Position numbers and translations under genes: made by a program. A model generated the notes under the pieces. That model saw only the letters and a program-made list of their open reading frames with translations. It was not told the origin of the DNA and made no database searches. Shown piece by piece: positions 10,839-22,693 of a stretch of 64,000 nt of DNA. Position 1 is the first letter of the stretch. Each line of letters begins with the position of its first letter. Origin of the DNA: Ignavibacteriota bacterium (lineage in GTDB: Bacteria > Bacteroidota > Ignavibacteria > UBA10030); the NCBI GenBank assembly GCA_963701295.1, contig OY969585.1:192001-256000 (forward strand), read 5' to 3'.

Positions 10839-11876
10839 TTACCAAATCAACATCACATCACCATAGCTATAAAAGCGGTATCCTTCTTTAACAGCTTTCT
10901 TATAGCCATGCATTAATAAGTCATGTCCTGCAAATGCACTTGTTAACATAAGCAGTGTCGATTCCGGTAAATGAAAATTGGTGATCAGTTTATCGGTAAC
11001 CTTAAAATCATATGGCGGGAAGATGAATTTATCGGTCCATCCTTTTGCCGGCTTCACATGACCATCCGCGGTAACGCTCGATTCCACAGCACGGCATGTG
11101 CTCGTGCCGATAACGAAGACGTTATGCTTTGAATCAATCGTTTTATTAATAATGTGCGACGCCTCGCCAGAGATCTCAAAATACTCCGAGTCCATTTTGT
11201 GCTTCGTCAAGTCTTCCACTTCGACTGTACGGAATGTCCCAAGTCCAATATGGAGCACGACCGGTGCTATCTTCACACCTTTTGCTTGAAGTTTTTTAAT
11301 AAGCGCCTTCGTAAAGTGTAATCCTGCTGTTGGTGCCGCAACTGCGCCCACGACGCGGGCGTACACTGTCTGATAGCTTTCTTTATCCTTGTTGGTTGCC
11401 TCCCGCTTGATATAATGCGGTAACGGTGTCAGGCCAATCCTATCGATGATCTTGAAAAAATCACCTTTATGATTGAAGCGTACCGTCCGTCCGCGCGAAG
11501 TGGTATTGTCAATAACTTCGCACCAGAGTTTACCATCGTCGAAATAGATTTTATTACCGATGCGCACTTTGCGCGCCGGATCAACGATAACATCCCAAAT
11601 ATTTTCTTCAGCGTTCAACTCACGCAGTAAGAAGACTTCGATTTTTGCATTCGTCTTTTCTTTTTTACCATAGAGACGCGCTTGAAATACTCGTGTCTCA
11701 TTGACAACAAGACAGTCTCCCTTTTGAAAATATTCAGCGATTTCATAAAACTTCCGTTCTTCAATAGTGTCTTCGGCACGATTCATGACCATCAATCTCG
11801 AGTGGTCGCGCGGATTAGCCGGCTGTTTTGCTATCAAGTTTCGCGGAAGCGGATATTTGAAATCGGAGAGCTTCAT
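10839..11876 (-). CDS. queA: S-adenosylmethionine:tRNA ribosyltransferase-isomerase
   Basis: YQTVYA, AAPTAGLHF, LHIGLGTF, NFHLPES, YSYGD. Confidence 0.96.
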   Translation of the reverse strand: MKLSDFKYPLPRNLIAKQPANPRDHSRLMVMNRAEDTIEERKFYEIAEYFQKGDCLVVNETRVFQARLYGKKEKTNAKIEVFLLRELNAEENIWDVIVDPARKVRIGNKIYFDDGKLWCEVIDNTTSRGRTVRFNHKGDFFKIIDRIGLTPLPHYIKREATNKDKESYQTVYARVVGAVAAPTAGLHFTKALIKKLQAKGVKIAPVVLHIGLGTFRTVEVEDLTKHKMDSEYFEISGEASHIINKTIDSKHNVFVIGTSTCRAVESSVTADGHVKPAKGWTDKFIFPPYDFKVTDKLITNFHLPESTLLMLTSAFAGHDLLMHGYKKAVKEGYRFYSYGDVMLIW

Positions 11877-11911
11877 TGCTCATATCCCTTCTATTATGAT
11901 ATGATGAAGGA

Positions 11912-11933
11912 GGCGGTAAACGAATTTACCGCC
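11912..11933 (-). terminator. Hairpin downstream of ppdK, possible terminator
   Basis: GGCGGTAAA-cgaa-TTTACCGCC perfect 9-bp stem; weak U-tract. Confidence 0.45.
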
Positions 11934-11961
11934 CCTATGATTTAGTGAACTTACCATCGGC

Positions 11962-14742
11962 TTACTTCTTGCGCGATGTCTTTCCTTTTTTATTAACTTT
12001 CTTGGCAGTTTTCTTCGCCGGTTCTGCCGGATTCAGCAGCGCTGCACGCGCAGCAGCCAATCGTGCAATCGGAACGCGGAACGGTGAGCAGCTTACATAG
12101 TTCAAACCGATCAAATGACAGAACTCAATGCTCGATGGATCACCACCGTGCTCACCGCAGATGCCAAGTTTAATACCGGGACGCGCTGTGCGGCCCTTCT
12201 CTACGGCGATCTTCATCAGCTTGCCAACACCGTCACGGTCGAGAACTTCGAACGGATCCTTTGCGTACATTTCTTTTTCAACATACGGAATCAGGAACCG
12301 CGCCGCATCATCGCGGCTTACACCGAGCGTTGTTTGCGTCAGATCGTTTGTGCCAAAACTGAAGAACTCAGCAACCGCTGCAATTTCATCTGCAGTGATA
12401 GCACCGCGCGGAATTTCGATCATCGTGCCAACAAGATATTTGAACTTTACGCCTTTTTCCTTCATCACAGCTTCCGCTACTTTGCGAACGAGCTTTTCTT
12501 GATGCACAAGTTCCTTCACGTTGCCGACAAGCGGAATCATTACTTCCGGTTCTACCGCAATGCCCTTCTTCTGTGTATCAGCAGCGGCCTCAAAGATAGC
12601 GCGTGCCTGCATTTCAGTAATCTCCGGGAAAATGATACCAAGGCGGCAGCCGCGGAATCCAAGCATGGGATTAAACTCATGCAAACCTTCGACACGTTCC
12701 TTGACCTTCTCGTAGCTGATCTTCATTGCTTGTGCAAGTTCGCGTTGTTCTTTTTCCTCATGTGGCACGAATTCGTGCAACGGTGGATCGATCGTGCGGA
12801 TGGTCACCGGTTTCCCGTGCATCGCCTCAAAGATACCGGCGAAGTCTGCGCGCTGCAACGGCAGCAACTTTGCCAATGCTGCTTTACGTTGTTCGAGAGT
12901 ATCGGCAAGAATCATTTCGCGCATGGGACCGATTTTCCCTTCACCGAAGAACATATGTTCGGTGCGGCAAAGGCCAATACCTTCTGCACCAAACGCGATT
13001 GCATTCGCAGCTTGGTCAGGTTGATCTGCATTCGTGCGAATCTTGAGTGTCCGGTACTTGTCTGCCCATCGCATTACTTTGGCGAACGTTTGATACACCG
13101 GTGCGTCTTTCGCATCGAGCGTTTTTTCTACAAGAACTTGAAGCACTTCTGACGGTTTCGTTTGAATCTTGCCTTCTATCACTTGACCAGTTGTACCGTC
13201 GAGCGAAATCCAATCACCTTCGTTCAGCACTTTGCCCTTCACGGTCATCGTGTGCTTAGCATAATCAATGAGCAGCTCATCACATCCTGCGACACACACC
13301 TTACCCATTTGACGGGCAACAAGTGCAGCGTGCGAAGTCATTCCACCACGTGCAGTCAGAATTCCTTCCGAAGCATCCATACCTTTGATGTCTTCCGGGG
13401 AAGTTTCAATACGAGTGAGAATAACTTTCTCGCCGCGATTTTTCCATGCTTCTGCATCAACAGCATTGAATACAATGCGTCCGGTGGCAGCACCGGGACC
13501 TGCATTCAAACCCTTTGCCAGCAATCTTCCGGATTTGACAGCGGCATCTTTTTCCTTCACATCGAAGATCGGACGAAGCAGTTGATTCAATTGGTCCGGT
13601 TCGATACGCGTCAACGCTTCTTTTTCAGAAATAAATTTATCGCCGACCATATCCACTGCAATCTTGATGGCGGCAAACGCTGTCCGCTTTCCAACACGGC
13701 ATTGAAGCATGAACAACTTGCCTTGCTGGATGGTGAATTCGATATCCATCATATCGCGATAATGTTTTTCGAGAGTCTTGCGGATCTTATCAAGCTGCCC
13801 GTATAATTTCGGATCCTGTTCCTTCAACTTTGAGATATGCAGTGGTGTGCGCGTACCGGCAACCACATCTTCGCCTTGCGCATTCATCAAATATTCGCCG
13901 TAGAAATAATTTTCTCCGGTAGCCGCATCACGCGTAAAGGCTACGCCAGTTCCTGAATCTTCACCCATATTGCCGAATACCATCGTCTGCACGTTCACTG
14001 CCGTGCCCCATGACTCAGGAATATCGTACATCTTGCGGTAAGCAATCGCACGATCATTCATCCAAGAACTGAACACAGCTCCGATAGCGCCCCACATTTG
14101 TACAAGCGGGTCCTCTGGGAAATCATAACCCGTTTTCTCTTTGATCGCTGCCTTAAACTTTACAACGAGTTCTTTCAGATCTTCGGCGGTGAGTTCAGTG
14201 TCAAGTTTCACGCCTTTTGCGTGCTTCTTCGCTTCAATGATCTCTTCGAACGGATCGATGTCATCCTTGTTCACCGGCTTCAATCCAAGTACAACATCGC
14301 CGTACATCTGCACAAAGCGGCGGTACGAATCGTACACAAAGCGTTCGTTCTTTGTCTTAGCGACAAGGCCGGCAACCGTCTGGTCGTTGAGGCCGAGATT
14401 GAGAATAGTGTCCATCATACCGGGCATCGATGCTCGTGCGCCGGAGCGTATAGAAACGAGCAGCGGATTCTTCGCATCACCGAACTTTGCATCCATTGCC
14501 TTTTCGACTTTCGTGAGTGCAGTTCGGACTTCTTTCTCCAGCGATTTCGGATACTTCTGTTTGTTCTGATAATACGCGGAACAGACTTCCGTCGTGATTG
14601 TAAAACCCGGAGGAACCGGCAGTCCGATATTAACCATTTCGGCAAGGTTTGCCCCTTTGCCGCCGAGAAGATTTTTCATCTCTGCTTTGCCTTCGGCTTT
14701 ACCGCTGCCGAAGAAATAAACATACTTTGGTACTTTTGCCAT
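11962..14742 (-). CDS. ppdK: Pyruvate phosphate dikinase
   Basis: [41 protein letters not shown]. Confidence 0.97.
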   Translation of the reverse strand: MAKVPKYVYFFGSGKAEGKAEMKNLLGGKGANLAEMVNIGLPVPPGFTITTEVCSAYYQNKQKYPKSLEKEVRTALTKVEKAMDAKFGDAKNPLLVSIRSGARASMPGMMDTILNLGLNDQTVAGLVAKTKNERFVYDSYRRFVQMYGDVVLGLKPVNKDDIDPFEEIIEAKKHAKGVKLDTELTAEDLKELVVKFKAAIKEKTGYDFPEDPLVQMWGAIGAVFSSWMNDRAIAYRKMYDIPESWGTAVNVQTMVFGNMGEDSGTGVAFTRDAATGENYFYGEYLMNAQGEDVVAGTRTPLHISKLKEQDPKLYGQLDKIRKTLEKHYRDMMDIEFTIQQGKLFMLQCRVGKRTAFAAIKIAVDMVGDKFISEKEALTRIEPDQLNQLLRPIFDVKEKDAAVKSGRLLAKGLNAGPGAATGRIVFNAVDAEAWKNRGEKVILTRIETSPEDIKGMDASEGILTARGGMTSHAALVARQMGKVCVAGCDELLIDYAKHTMTVKGKVLNEGDWISLDGTTGQVIEGKIQTKPSEVLQVLVEKTLDAKDAPVYQTFAKVMRWADKYRTLKIRTNADQPDQAANAIAFGAEGIGLCRTEHMFFGEGKIGPMREMILADTLEQRKAALAKLLPLQRADFAGIFEAMHGKPVTIRTIDPPLHEFVPHEEKEQRELAQAMKISYEKVKERVEGLHEFNPMLGFRGCRLGIIFPEITEMQARAIFEAAADTQKKGIAVEPEVMIPLVGNVKELVHQEKLVRKVAEAVMKEKGVKFKYLVGTMIEIPRGAITADEIAAVAEFFSFGTNDLTQTTLGVSRDDAARFLIPYVEKEMYAKDPFEVLDRDGVGKLMKIAVEKGRTARPGIKLGICGEHGGDPSSIEFCHLIGLNYVSCSPFRVPIARLAAARAALLNPAEPAKKTAKKVNKKGKTSRKK

Positions 14743-14766
14743 TGCGTGCGTTATCCTTTCAGTGAC

Positions 14767-15480
14767 CTATTGATTGATGGTTCTTTTATTTAATTGATAT
14801 TGATGAACTTCTCGCAAGAATAACATCGCGAGTTTTTGCGAAAAAAAAGTTTCTCTCAAACGTTCCGGATGCCACTGCACGAGCATCAGAAACGGCATAT
14901 TGTCTTTCAACACCCACTCGGCTGCTTCCACTACATTGTCCGGTGAAATCGCAGAGCACATTAATCCTTTGCCAAGATTTTCGACTGCTTGATGATGAAA
15001 CGTGTTCACTTCCGTTTCGGTTGTTCCAGTCAGTGCATGCAGCATCGAATGCGGCATGACAGATATTCCATGCAATGTTCTACTATCATCTGATGGACTT
15101 GTATGGTCATCATAACCTTCTGATGCTAGATCAACAATTAACGAACCGCCGAGATACACATTCATTACTTGCATTCCACGGCAAACACCAAGGATCGGTA
15201 TATCGGCATCCAGTGCTCGTTCAATAGCAGCAAATTCAAATTCGTCCCGGCGTTCATTGACTCCTTTCATTTTACTAAGTTGACTTTCCTTTCCATAATA
15301 CCGCGGATGGATATCACCGCCTCCGGGGAGGAGAAGACCGTCGAGCATTTCAATTTCTTTTACGTTATCAAGTTCGTGCGACAGTTTTTGAATATCCACG
15401 GATCCATCGACTGAACGAATCCAGCGGACATACTGCTCGTATTTGTCTTCTTTCAAAGTGTCTGTAATTCCAATTCTCAT
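14767..15480 (-). CDS. Peptidase C26 / gamma-glutamyl-GABA hydrolase-like glutamine amidotransferase
   Basis: PGGGDI, GVCRGMQ, HHQAV, QWHPE. Confidence 0.88.
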   Translation of the reverse strand: MRIGITDTLKEDKYEQYVRWIRSVDGSVDIQKLSHELDNVKEIEMLDGLLLPGGGDIHPRYYGKESQLSKMKGVNERRDEFEFAAIERALDADIPILGVCRGMQVMNVYLGGSLIVDLASEGYDDHTSPSDDSRTLHGISVMPHSMLHALTGTTETEVNTFHHQAVENLGKGLMCSAISPDNVVEAAEWVLKDNMPFLMLVQWHPERLRETFFSQKLAMLFLREVHQYQLNKRTINQ

Positions 15481-16535
15481 TACCATTCACCATGTTGTAT
15501 CAATGCATCCAACATATCTTTTCCAGCAACAAACACTTGCTGAATTTCAGCAACAATCACCGGTTCATTCACCAAAAATTCGACAAATCGCTCTCTCAAC
15601 CGCATAAAATCTTTTTCTGTCGTGACTATAAAATCAATGTTTAATGCTTTTCTTGCTTTGACGATTGTCTGAATATCTTCATCAGAAAACCAGTGATGAT
15701 CGGAGAATATGAAATGCTTTACAATTTTCATTCCCGTATCTGCAAGAAGCGACTCGAACGTTTTCGGCCTGCCGATTCCGGAAACAGCAATAATTTTTTT
15801 GCCAATGAACTGCCCGTCTTCTATTATTTCGTTCGTCGGTGTTCGTTTGAACGATTTTAATTTCGTCTGCAATCCAATCATTCCCTCTCTTTTAAGCGGA
15901 AGACGAGGTTCAGATTTCAAATGCATTTTCATCATTCCCGACACCTGATCAAACTGCTCAACATCTGCACACCTCGTAACGATCAAAGCATCAGCTCGTT
16001 TCAGCGAACTCATCGGCTCACGCTTATTGCCTGCTGGCAGCAGCCAATTACCGTTCAAGATTTCTTCTGCCGACATCACCACAAGATTCAGATCGCGATG
16101 GAGGTATCGATGTTGAAATCCATCATCCAGCAATATTATCTCAGCGCCAAGTTTTATAGCTTTCTGAGCGCCGCGGGTACGTTCCTCATCGACTACAACG
16201 ATGAGATTAGAAAATTTCCTCGCAAGTTGACTTGGCTCATCTCCTGCATCTTCGACTGAGGCAAAATTTCCGCATCCATCACTTACGATTATTGTTCCAA
16301 CTGATTTCCTTCCATACCCACGACTAACGACCGATAGTCTGCGATTGTTTCCCAATCTCTCAATCAGCATTTCAACAATCGGTGTTTTTCCAACTCCTCC
16401 TGTCGAAATATTACCCACCGAGATCACCGGTATACTGACTTTCGTGGTTTTCAGAATTCCTATGTCAAAGAACCAGTTGCGAATAGTAATTCCCAACCAA
16501 AATAATAAAGAAAATGGTAACAGGAGTTTTCGCAT
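15480..16535 (-). CDS. lpxK: Tetraacyldisaccharide 4'-kinase
   Basis: VGNISTGGVGKTP, SRGYG, LDDGFQH, TTEKD. Confidence 0.95.
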   Translation of the reverse strand: MRKLLLPFSLLFWLGITIRNWFFDIGILKTTKVSIPVISVGNISTGGVGKTPIVEMLIERLGNNRRLSVVSRGYGRKSVGTIIVSDGCGNFASVEDAGDEPSQLARKFSNLIVVVDEERTRGAQKAIKLGAEIILLDDGFQHRYLHRDLNLVVMSAEEILNGNWLLPAGNKREPMSSLKRADALIVTRCADVEQFDQVSGMMKMHLKSEPRLPLKREGMIGLQTKLKSFKRTPTNEIIEDGQFIGKKIIAVSGIGRPKTFESLLADTGMKIVKHFIFSDHHWFSDEDIQTIVKARKALNIDFIVTTEKDFMRLRERFVEFLVNEPVIVAEIQQVFVAGKDMLDALIQHGEW

Positions 16536-16561
16536 TCTTTTATCAGTAACTCATTTTTCCA

Positions 16562-16640
16562 CCCCCCCCTCTTGCCTCTCCTCTTAAGAGAGGATAGCCT
16601 GCCCGCCGCAAAAAGCATGCTTTGGCAGGCGGGGGATGAG
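16562..16640. repeat. REP-like palindrome with a nested CCTGCC..GGCAGG hairpin
   Basis: tcctcttaagagagga stem plus cctgcccgcc...ggcaggcggg, between lpxK and lpxB. Confidence 0.5.
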
Positions 16641-16649
16641 GTCTCTAAA

Positions 16650-17771
16650 TTAAATCATCTGTAATATTCGTTCCGCAACTTTCTGTGATGCGCCAGCGCT
16701 GCCAAGCATTCCTTTTACCTTGGAAAGTTCCATTTTCATTTCTTTCAATTTTTTCTCGTCGCTCAACAACTTCAATGCCGACTTTTCTAAATTCTTTGCA
16801 TTCGCCCGATGTTGTATAAACTCCTGTGCAATTGTTTTTCCTGCCACAATATTGACAAGTCCGATATTCTTCACATGCACCAACAGCCGACCAATGCAAT
16901 AGGTGAGCCATGATGTTTTGTACACGACAAACATCGGTGTTCCAAAGTATGCGGTTTCTAATGTTGCCGTGCCGGAGGTAACAAAAGCAAAATCCGCATT
17001 TGCCATCACATCATAAGTTAATCCTGCGATCAACCGAACACCTTTTAGATTATAGAATGTCCGGAAGTACCGCTCTTCAAGTGTTGGTGCAACACCAACG
17101 ACGATTTCCATTTCCTTCTCTGCAGCGATTCTTCGCGCAGCGCTCAGCATATCTGGAAATATCTTTTCAATTTCTTGTTTTCTGCTTCCTGGCAGTAAAG
17201 CAAGAATTTTCTTTTGCCCATCGAGTTCAAACCGTTTACAAAAATTCTTTCGATCAAGCTTTGATTCCAATGCTTCCAACAGCGGATGGCCAACAAACTC
17301 CGTATCGATTCCTTCTGTCCGATAAAAATCAACTTCAAATGGAAAGATGACCAGCATTTTATCTACCAGTGACCGCATTTTTTTTACTCGCGACTTATGC
17401 CATGCCCACACTTGCGGACTGATATAATAGACGATTTTGACATCATATCGTTTCGCGATGCGTGCAAACCGGAGATTAAATCCTGGATAATCGATCAGAA
17501 CCAGAGCATCGGGTCTTTTGAACTTAACGATCTGCTCAAGCGTATGTTCCATCGTTTTGATAAATGGAAGATGCTTGAGTACTTCCACAAATCCCATAAA
17601 ACCAAGTTCGTTGATGTGATAGATATTCTCCATCCCTTCGTGCTTCATTTTATCTCCGCCGACACCATACACATCAATACCGGGAGAGAGGCGTTTCAGC
17701 TCTCGCACAACACCGGAGCCATGCAAATCGCCCGATGCTTCTCCAGCGATGATCATCACGCGTTTGACCAC
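16650..17771 (-). CDS. lpxB: Lipid-A-disaccharide synthase
   Basis: AGEASGDLHG, IDYPGFN, SPQVWAW, LPGSR, SGTATLE. Confidence 0.96.
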   Translation of the reverse strand: MVKRVMIIAGEASGDLHGSGVVRELKRLSPGIDVYGVGGDKMKHEGMENIYHINELGFMGFVEVLKHLPFIKTMEHTLEQIVKFKRPDALVLIDYPGFNLRFARIAKRYDVKIVYYISPQVWAWHKSRVKKMRSLVDKMLVIFPFEVDFYRTEGIDTEFVGHPLLEALESKLDRKNFCKRFELDGQKKILALLPGSRKQEIEKIFPDMLSAARRIAAEKEMEIVVGVAPTLEERYFRTFYNLKGVRLIAGLTYDVMANADFAFVTSGTATLETAYFGTPMFVVYKTSWLTYCIGRLLVHVKNIGLVNIVAGKTIAQEFIQHRANAKNLEKSALKLLSDEKKLKEMKMELSKVKGMLGSAGASQKVAERILQMI

Positions 17772-17774
17772 GGA

Positions 17775-18356
17775 TCACCTCATGTACCAAAGAACAAGAA
17801 GAACCAACAACACCAAACCCAATGCTTGAAACGTCCGCCGCTCAGAGCGCACCGCCTCATGCCAGAGTGCTTGTTGATGCGCTTGCGAAGGATGTGTGTA
17901 CGGAATGACGCGCGGAATAAAACGCGGGACATTCTTTTTATATTCAACATACCCCGAACCGAACTCGTTGACAAGAAATTCTTCTTCCGCAAAAACAATC
18001 TGAGAATATTGAAATGCGAAGTACACTACTGCAGCACTTACTAACCATGGAAACAGCGCATTCGACATGACGCCAACACCGATGTACGTAAGCATATTCC
18101 CTACATACAACGGATTGCGTACATATGCAAATGGTCCTGCCACAATCACTTCCGGTGCGCCGACACTTCCTGTCACACGGGTGAGACTTCCGGCATAAGC
18201 AACACCCCAAAATCTCATCGACTCGCCGAATGCTACCAAAACAACTCCGGCAGTTACCGTCATCAGTGTCGGGTGAGCAAAAACCATCATCACCAACAGG
18301 AATGGGATCGGTGTATAGCTTCGGAGCGTAAACAATTGTTGTCGCAACTTTTTCAT
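17775..18356 (-). CDS. Isoprenylcysteine carboxyl / phospholipid methyltransferase family membrane protein
   Basis: GPFAYVRNPLYVG, EEEFL..FG..Y..Y...VPRFIP. Confidence 0.85.
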   Translation of the reverse strand: MKKLRQQLFTLRSYTPIPFLLVMMVFAHPTLMTVTAGVVLVAFGESMRFWGVAYAGSLTRVTGSVGAPEVIVAGPFAYVRNPLYVGNMLTYIGVGVMSNALFPWLVSAAVVYFAFQYSQIVFAEEEFLVNEFGSGYVEYKKNVPRFIPRVIPYTHPSQAHQQALWHEAVRSERRTFQALGLVLLVLLVLWYMR

Positions 18357-18404
18357 AACTTCAAAAATATTCCCGCTCAACAATACGGGAACACCTTATT
18401 ACTT

Positions 18405-19109
18405 TTATCCTTGCATAAATACTTCACGGCGAGCTATTGCAGCTTCCTGCCGATGGCGAATGCGTTTGCGTTGAAGTATTTCCTCCAGCTTCACCTGCAC
18501 ATCACCAAAATGATTAAATTCAAAAAATGTAATATTCTGCTGCTGGCAATATTTTATCAATTGCCGCTTCGCAAACACGAAATCCGCGTACCGAACCGGG
18601 CATCGATCGGAAAATCCATCGCCGATATAAACAATAATATCTTCATCCGCTGATGTGTTCAGCATATAATTCCGCTTACAGTTGCCGCATAAGCTACATT
18701 CCGCATCCGTGTACGGAAAGGAAACCTTAAGCCTCTCTCCGACGAACTCCGCGTGATTCGCAAAGAACGGTACATGAATTAATCCAGCATTTGAAAGAAC
18801 ATGTTCTACATACGCATCCAAACCGTCGCTCAGAACCGTGAGCGGGGTATCCCGCTCCTTACAGAAACTGACGAAGTTAACAAAGTGTGGATCGACAACA
18901 AATTGATCCATGAAGCTTATGAACTCATTTTGATTGATTGCAGGAATCGCTTCGCACAATTCCGTCAGCCACATTTGCATGGTGATTTCACCATTGAGCA
19001 AATGGCGAGTACTTGCTTCTGCGTTCTCACCTGCATATTTCCGAAAAAACTGTTCGCCCACATCTTGCAAACACACGGTTCCATCAAAATCACAAAAAAT
19101 ACGAATCAT
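18405..19109 (-). CDS. MtnX-like HAD-IB phosphatase
   Basis: CDFDGTV, LSDG, CGNCK, YIGDGFSDRC. Confidence 0.85.
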   Translation of the reverse strand: MIRIFCDFDGTVCLQDVGEQFFRKYAGENAEASTRHLLNGEITMQMWLTELCEAIPAINQNEFISFMDQFVVDPHFVNFVSFCKERDTPLTVLSDGLDAYVEHVLSNAGLIHVPFFANHAEFVGERLKVSFPYTDAECSLCGNCKRNYMLNTSADEDIIVYIGDGFSDRCPVRYADFVFAKRQLIKYCQQQNITFFEFNHFGDVQVKLEEILQRKRIRHRQEAAIARREVFMQG

Positions 19110-19118
19110 AAATCTTCC

Positions 19119-19145
19119 GTAAGGGCGAGGTTACCTCGCCCCTAC
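19119..19145. repeat. GTAG-type REP palindrome
   Basis: gtaagggcgagg-tta-cctcgcccctac at the smc stop. Confidence 0.6.
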
Positions 19146-22100
19146 TAATTGTTTTGAACCTCATTAAAACGCACCGATACCAGCTTTGATATGCCTTCTT
19201 CTTCCATCGTAACACCGTACATTGCATTTGCGGCTTCCATTGTCCGTTTGTTATGAGTAACGATAACAAACTGTGTGTTGTCGGAAAATTTTCGGAGAAT
19301 ACGCGCAAATCGGTCAATGTTTGAATCATCGAGCGGCGCATCTACTTCGTCAAGAATACAAAACGGACTCGGCTTGACGAGATAGATAGCAAACAATAAT
19401 GCAATTGCCGTCAGTGTTTTTTCTCCGCCGGAGAGCAAGTCAATGGATGTTGGACGCTTGCCGCGCGGCTTCGCAATGATTTCAATTTTCGCTTCTAACG
19501 GATCGGGCTGATCTTCTTCCAAACGCAAATCGCATTCATCCCCTTCGTCGAACAACCCCTTGAACGTCGTAATAAAATTTTCGCGAATGAGTTCAAAGGT
19601 TTCTATGAATTGTTTTTGCGCCGTCGTGTTGATCTCGTCGATTGTTTCCATCACGGTTTTTTCTGACTGCTCCAGATCGTCCCTCTGGGCAGACATAAAA
19701 TCGAGCCGTTCTTTTTCACTTTTGTACTCATCGAATGCGGCAAAGTTCACGGCACCGAGCGCATGAACTTTGTCCTTGAGTTTGTGCGCTTCTTCGCGTA
19801 CAGCAGAAAAATTATACTGATCGGCATCCAAAAACTCCTGCGGTTGTATGTCGAAATCGAAATCTTCTTTCGCACGCATCTTGAGATTCTCTGCTTTCAT
19901 CGACAGTTCCTGAATCTTAATCTCCAAATCGTGTGCCGCTTTCAAAGAACCTTCCTGCCGTAACCGCTCATCTTTTAACTTCATTTCGATTCCATGAATC
20001 TGGCTGCGCTTGTCGTTAAATTCCTGATCGAACGATTTTTTTTGTTCCATCACGGCATCATATTCCTGGTGCGCTTCCGTGAGACTCATCGCAATAGCTT
20101 CCAGATCAGCATCGAGCGATGCACTGTCTTCTTTTGCTTTGAAGATTTCTTCTGTGCGCTGATCGAATGTGACCGCAATGGATTGCATCGTCGATGCTGC
20201 ATAATCTTTCGCCTGTATAATGCTTCGCTCTTCGCTCTGTAGCGCAAGAACGGTAAGATTCGCCTCATTCGCCACGCGGGAATATTCATTCCAGAGCGCA
20301 TCCATTGTTTCCACTTCACTCGCTGCCGCGCCGACTTGCTGTTCAGCTTCTGCTTGCTGCCGTTCTAATGCCGTTATGGATGGTGCAAGTATTTGAAGTT
20401 CTGCGTTGAGTAGTTCGATTTCCTGTGCCAGCTTTTCTGTTTCCGTTTCATTGCGTTCGATATTGTCCTGTGCACGTTTCTTTTCAAACTCTAATTGTGC
20501 AATGCGAATTTCTACCGAAGTTTTCTGTTGTTCGATCGTACGTGCTTCTTCCGACAGCTTTTTCAGATTGACAGTTTCTAATTCTTCGGATTTTTTCTGA
20601 AGATCGCGCTCAATGCGTTCGTGTCGTTCCCGCAGCTTGCGAACATCAGCAGTAAATTCTTCCAATTGGGACTTTTTGCTGATGTGCCCGCCTTCATCCT
20701 GCCGCACACTGCCGCCGCGGACAACGCCCTTGCCAGTCACAATCTCCCCGTCGAGTGTAATACAACGGATACTCGGATAATCGCTCACCACTATAAGCGC
20801 CGAAGAAACATCATTCACCAGCAGCGTCTCATCGAAAAGAAAGTTGAACAGCCGCTCGTGATTGTTGTCAAACTGCACAAGAGTACTTGCCCATCCGATA
20901 ACACCGGCGGTTTGAATCAAAACACGGTGATTGCTCATACTTGGCAACCGGTCAAGACAAATAAATGTTGCCTTTCCTTTTTTATTCTTTTTTAAAAAAT
21001 CGATGGCGGCATACGCTTCTTGTACATTTTCAACGACGACATATCCCGCCGATTCACCGAGGGCTGTCTCAATCGCGATGCGATATTGCGGTTCGGTCTG
21101 TACGGCCTCACCCACTGTCGTCTGAATCTTCGCACTCCATTCATTGCTCGTAATGAGATACTTTGCACCTTCGGAATACCCGTCAAAACTTTCCACCAGT
21201 CCCTTTAAAAAATCAATGCGGGCTTGTTTCCGTTCCACGTCGCCAAGCACTTCGTGTTCTTGTCGGCGTAATTGCTCAATCGCATCTTGCAACTGTTGCT
21301 TATAGTCTTCCATCTGGTGCGTGCGAACTTCAGCTTCGGCAAATGCAAGACGCAGTTGTTTGTTCTCTGCTGTTAACCTGGCAATCAACTCGGCGTTCTT
21401 TTCTATGTCCAGACGATATGTTTCATTCTCTTCTCTTGTGTATCCAACACGGCCGCGAATATTCTCTATGCGTGCCTTCACTTGATTTTCGCGGTTGCGC
21501 AATTCTGCCAGTTCACGCATCAATGCAATGACTTGATCTTGATTGGCTTTCAATTCGACACGCTTGGCATTCAGTTGTATTTCAAATTCATCGAGCTGTG
21601 CTTTCTTCTGAAGATATATTTCTTCTGCCGCACCCGTCTTCGTCTGAAGCTTTTCCAACGATTGTGCCAATTCAGATTGCTTCTCTTCCAGTTCCACACG
21701 CTGCTGACTGAGATCTATTTTTTCTCGTTCAAAGCGCTCAATATTCGAGAGAAGTGAACGCCGACGCTCCAGTGTCGTTGCGCGATGCTGTTCCAACTCA
21801 TGAATAGCCGACTGACGCGAGACCATGTCATCCTGCGTGCCTGCAAGCTGCCGCTCTAATTCTTCCGATTCCTGCCGTAGCACATTGAGCAAAGCTTCTT
21901 CTTGTTTCACTTCCACTTCAAGACGATTCTTCTCGTCCACAGCAACAGAGAGCTGTTGTGCGAGTGGTTCGATCTTGAGCACAACGTTGGAATACTCGCG
22001 ATTGAGTAACTCTACTTCCAGTTCCTGCAATTGTTTTACGAGTTCGTTGTACTTCTCCGCTTTCTGTGCCTGACGTTCCAAGGAATTCACCGCTTTTTCT

Positions 22101-22693
22101 ACACCGCGGATAATATCGTTCACACGCGTAAGGTCCTGCCGCACAATTTCTAAACGACGAGTTGCTTCTTTCCGTCGATATTTATATTTCGTGACACCGG
22201 CAGATTCTTCAAACAAACGGCGCCGCTCGTCGGAATTCTCACTGAGAATACTTTCCACCATTTTTAATTCGATCACAGAGTATGCATCCGAACCCATGCC
22301 GGTATCCATGAATAAATCGCGGATGTCCTTCAATCGGCAAAGAGTTTTGTTCAAATAATATTCACTTTCACCAGAACGGAACACGCGGCGCGTGATGGTC
22401 ACTTCAGAATATTCGGTGGGAAGGATGCCTTTGGTGTTTTCGATGGTGATGGAGACTTCGGCAACATTCAGTGGTTTACGTGATTTCGTACCGTTGAAAA
22501 TGACATCTTCCATTTTATCCGAACGAAGCGTTGTCGGACGTTGTTCACCTAAGGCCCATCGGATAGCATCAACGACATTCGTCTTCCCGCAGCCGTTTGG
22601 GCCCACGATTGCGGTCAAGCCTTCATCAAATGTGAGGTTCACTTTTTGGGCAAATGACTTGAATCCAAATATTTCTAGTTTAGATAAATACAT
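19145..22693 (-). CDS. smc: Chromosome segregation protein SMC
   Basis: True start MYLSKLEIFGFKSF at 22693; GPNGCGKTN, hinge, LSGGEK, LDEVDAPLD. Confidence 0.96.
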   Translation of the reverse strand: MYLSKLEIFGFKSFAQKVNLTFDEGLTAIVGPNGCGKTNVVDAIRWALGEQRPTTLRSDKMEDVIFNGTKSRKPLNVAEVSITIENTKGILPTEYSEVTITRRVFRSGESEYYLNKTLCRLKDIRDLFMDTGMGSDAYSVIELKMVESILSENSDERRRLFEESAGVTKYKYRRKEATRRLEIVRQDLTRVNDIIRGVEKAVNSLERQAQKAEKYNELVKQLQELEVELLNREYSNVVLKIEPLAQQLSVAVDEKNRLEVEVKQEEALLNVLRQESEELERQLAGTQDDMVSRQSAIHELEQHRATTLERRRSLLSNIERFEREKIDLSQQRVELEEKQSELAQSLEKLQTKTGAAEEIYLQKKAQLDEFEIQLNAKRVELKANQDQVIALMRELAELRNRENQVKARIENIRGRVGYTREENETYRLDIEKNAELIARLTAENKQLRLAFAEAEVRTHQMEDYKQQLQDAIEQLRRQEHEVLGDVERKQARIDFLKGLVESFDGYSEGAKYLITSNEWSAKIQTTVGEAVQTEPQYRIAIETALGESAGYVVVENVQEAYAAIDFLKKNKKGKATFICLDRLPSMSNHRVLIQTAGVIGWASTLVQFDNNHERLFNFLFDETLLVNDVSSALIVVSDYPSIRCITLDGEIVTGKGVVRGGSVRQDEGGHISKKSQLEEFTADVRKLRERHERIERDLQKKSEELETVNLKKLSEEARTIEQQKTSVEIRIAQLEFEKKRAQDNIERNETETEKLAQEIELLNAELQILAPSITALERQQAEAEQQVGAAASEVETMDALWNEYSRVANEANLTVLALQSEERSIIQAKDYAASTMQSIAVTFDQRTEEIFKAKEDSASLDADLEAIAMSLTEAHQEYDAVMEQKKSFDQEFNDKRSQIHGIEMKLKDERLRQEGSLKAAHDLEIKIQELSMKAENLKMRAKEDFDFDIQPQEFLDADQYNFSAVREEAHKLKDKVHALGAVNFAAFDEYKSEKERLDFMSAQRDDLEQSEKTVMETIDEINTTAQKQFIETFELIRENFITTFKGLFDEGDECDLRLEEDQPDPLEAKIEIIAKPRGKRPTSIDLLSGGEKTLTAIALLFAIYLVKPSPFCILDEVDAPLDDSNIDRFARILRKFSDNTQFVIVTHNKRTMEAANAMYGVTMEEEGISKLVSVRFNEVQNN

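Noticed and set aside
12115-14793. Long plus-strand ORFs opposite ppdK, and similar ones opposite gpsA, lpxB and the MCP
   Set aside because: Antisense shadows of well-conserved genes.
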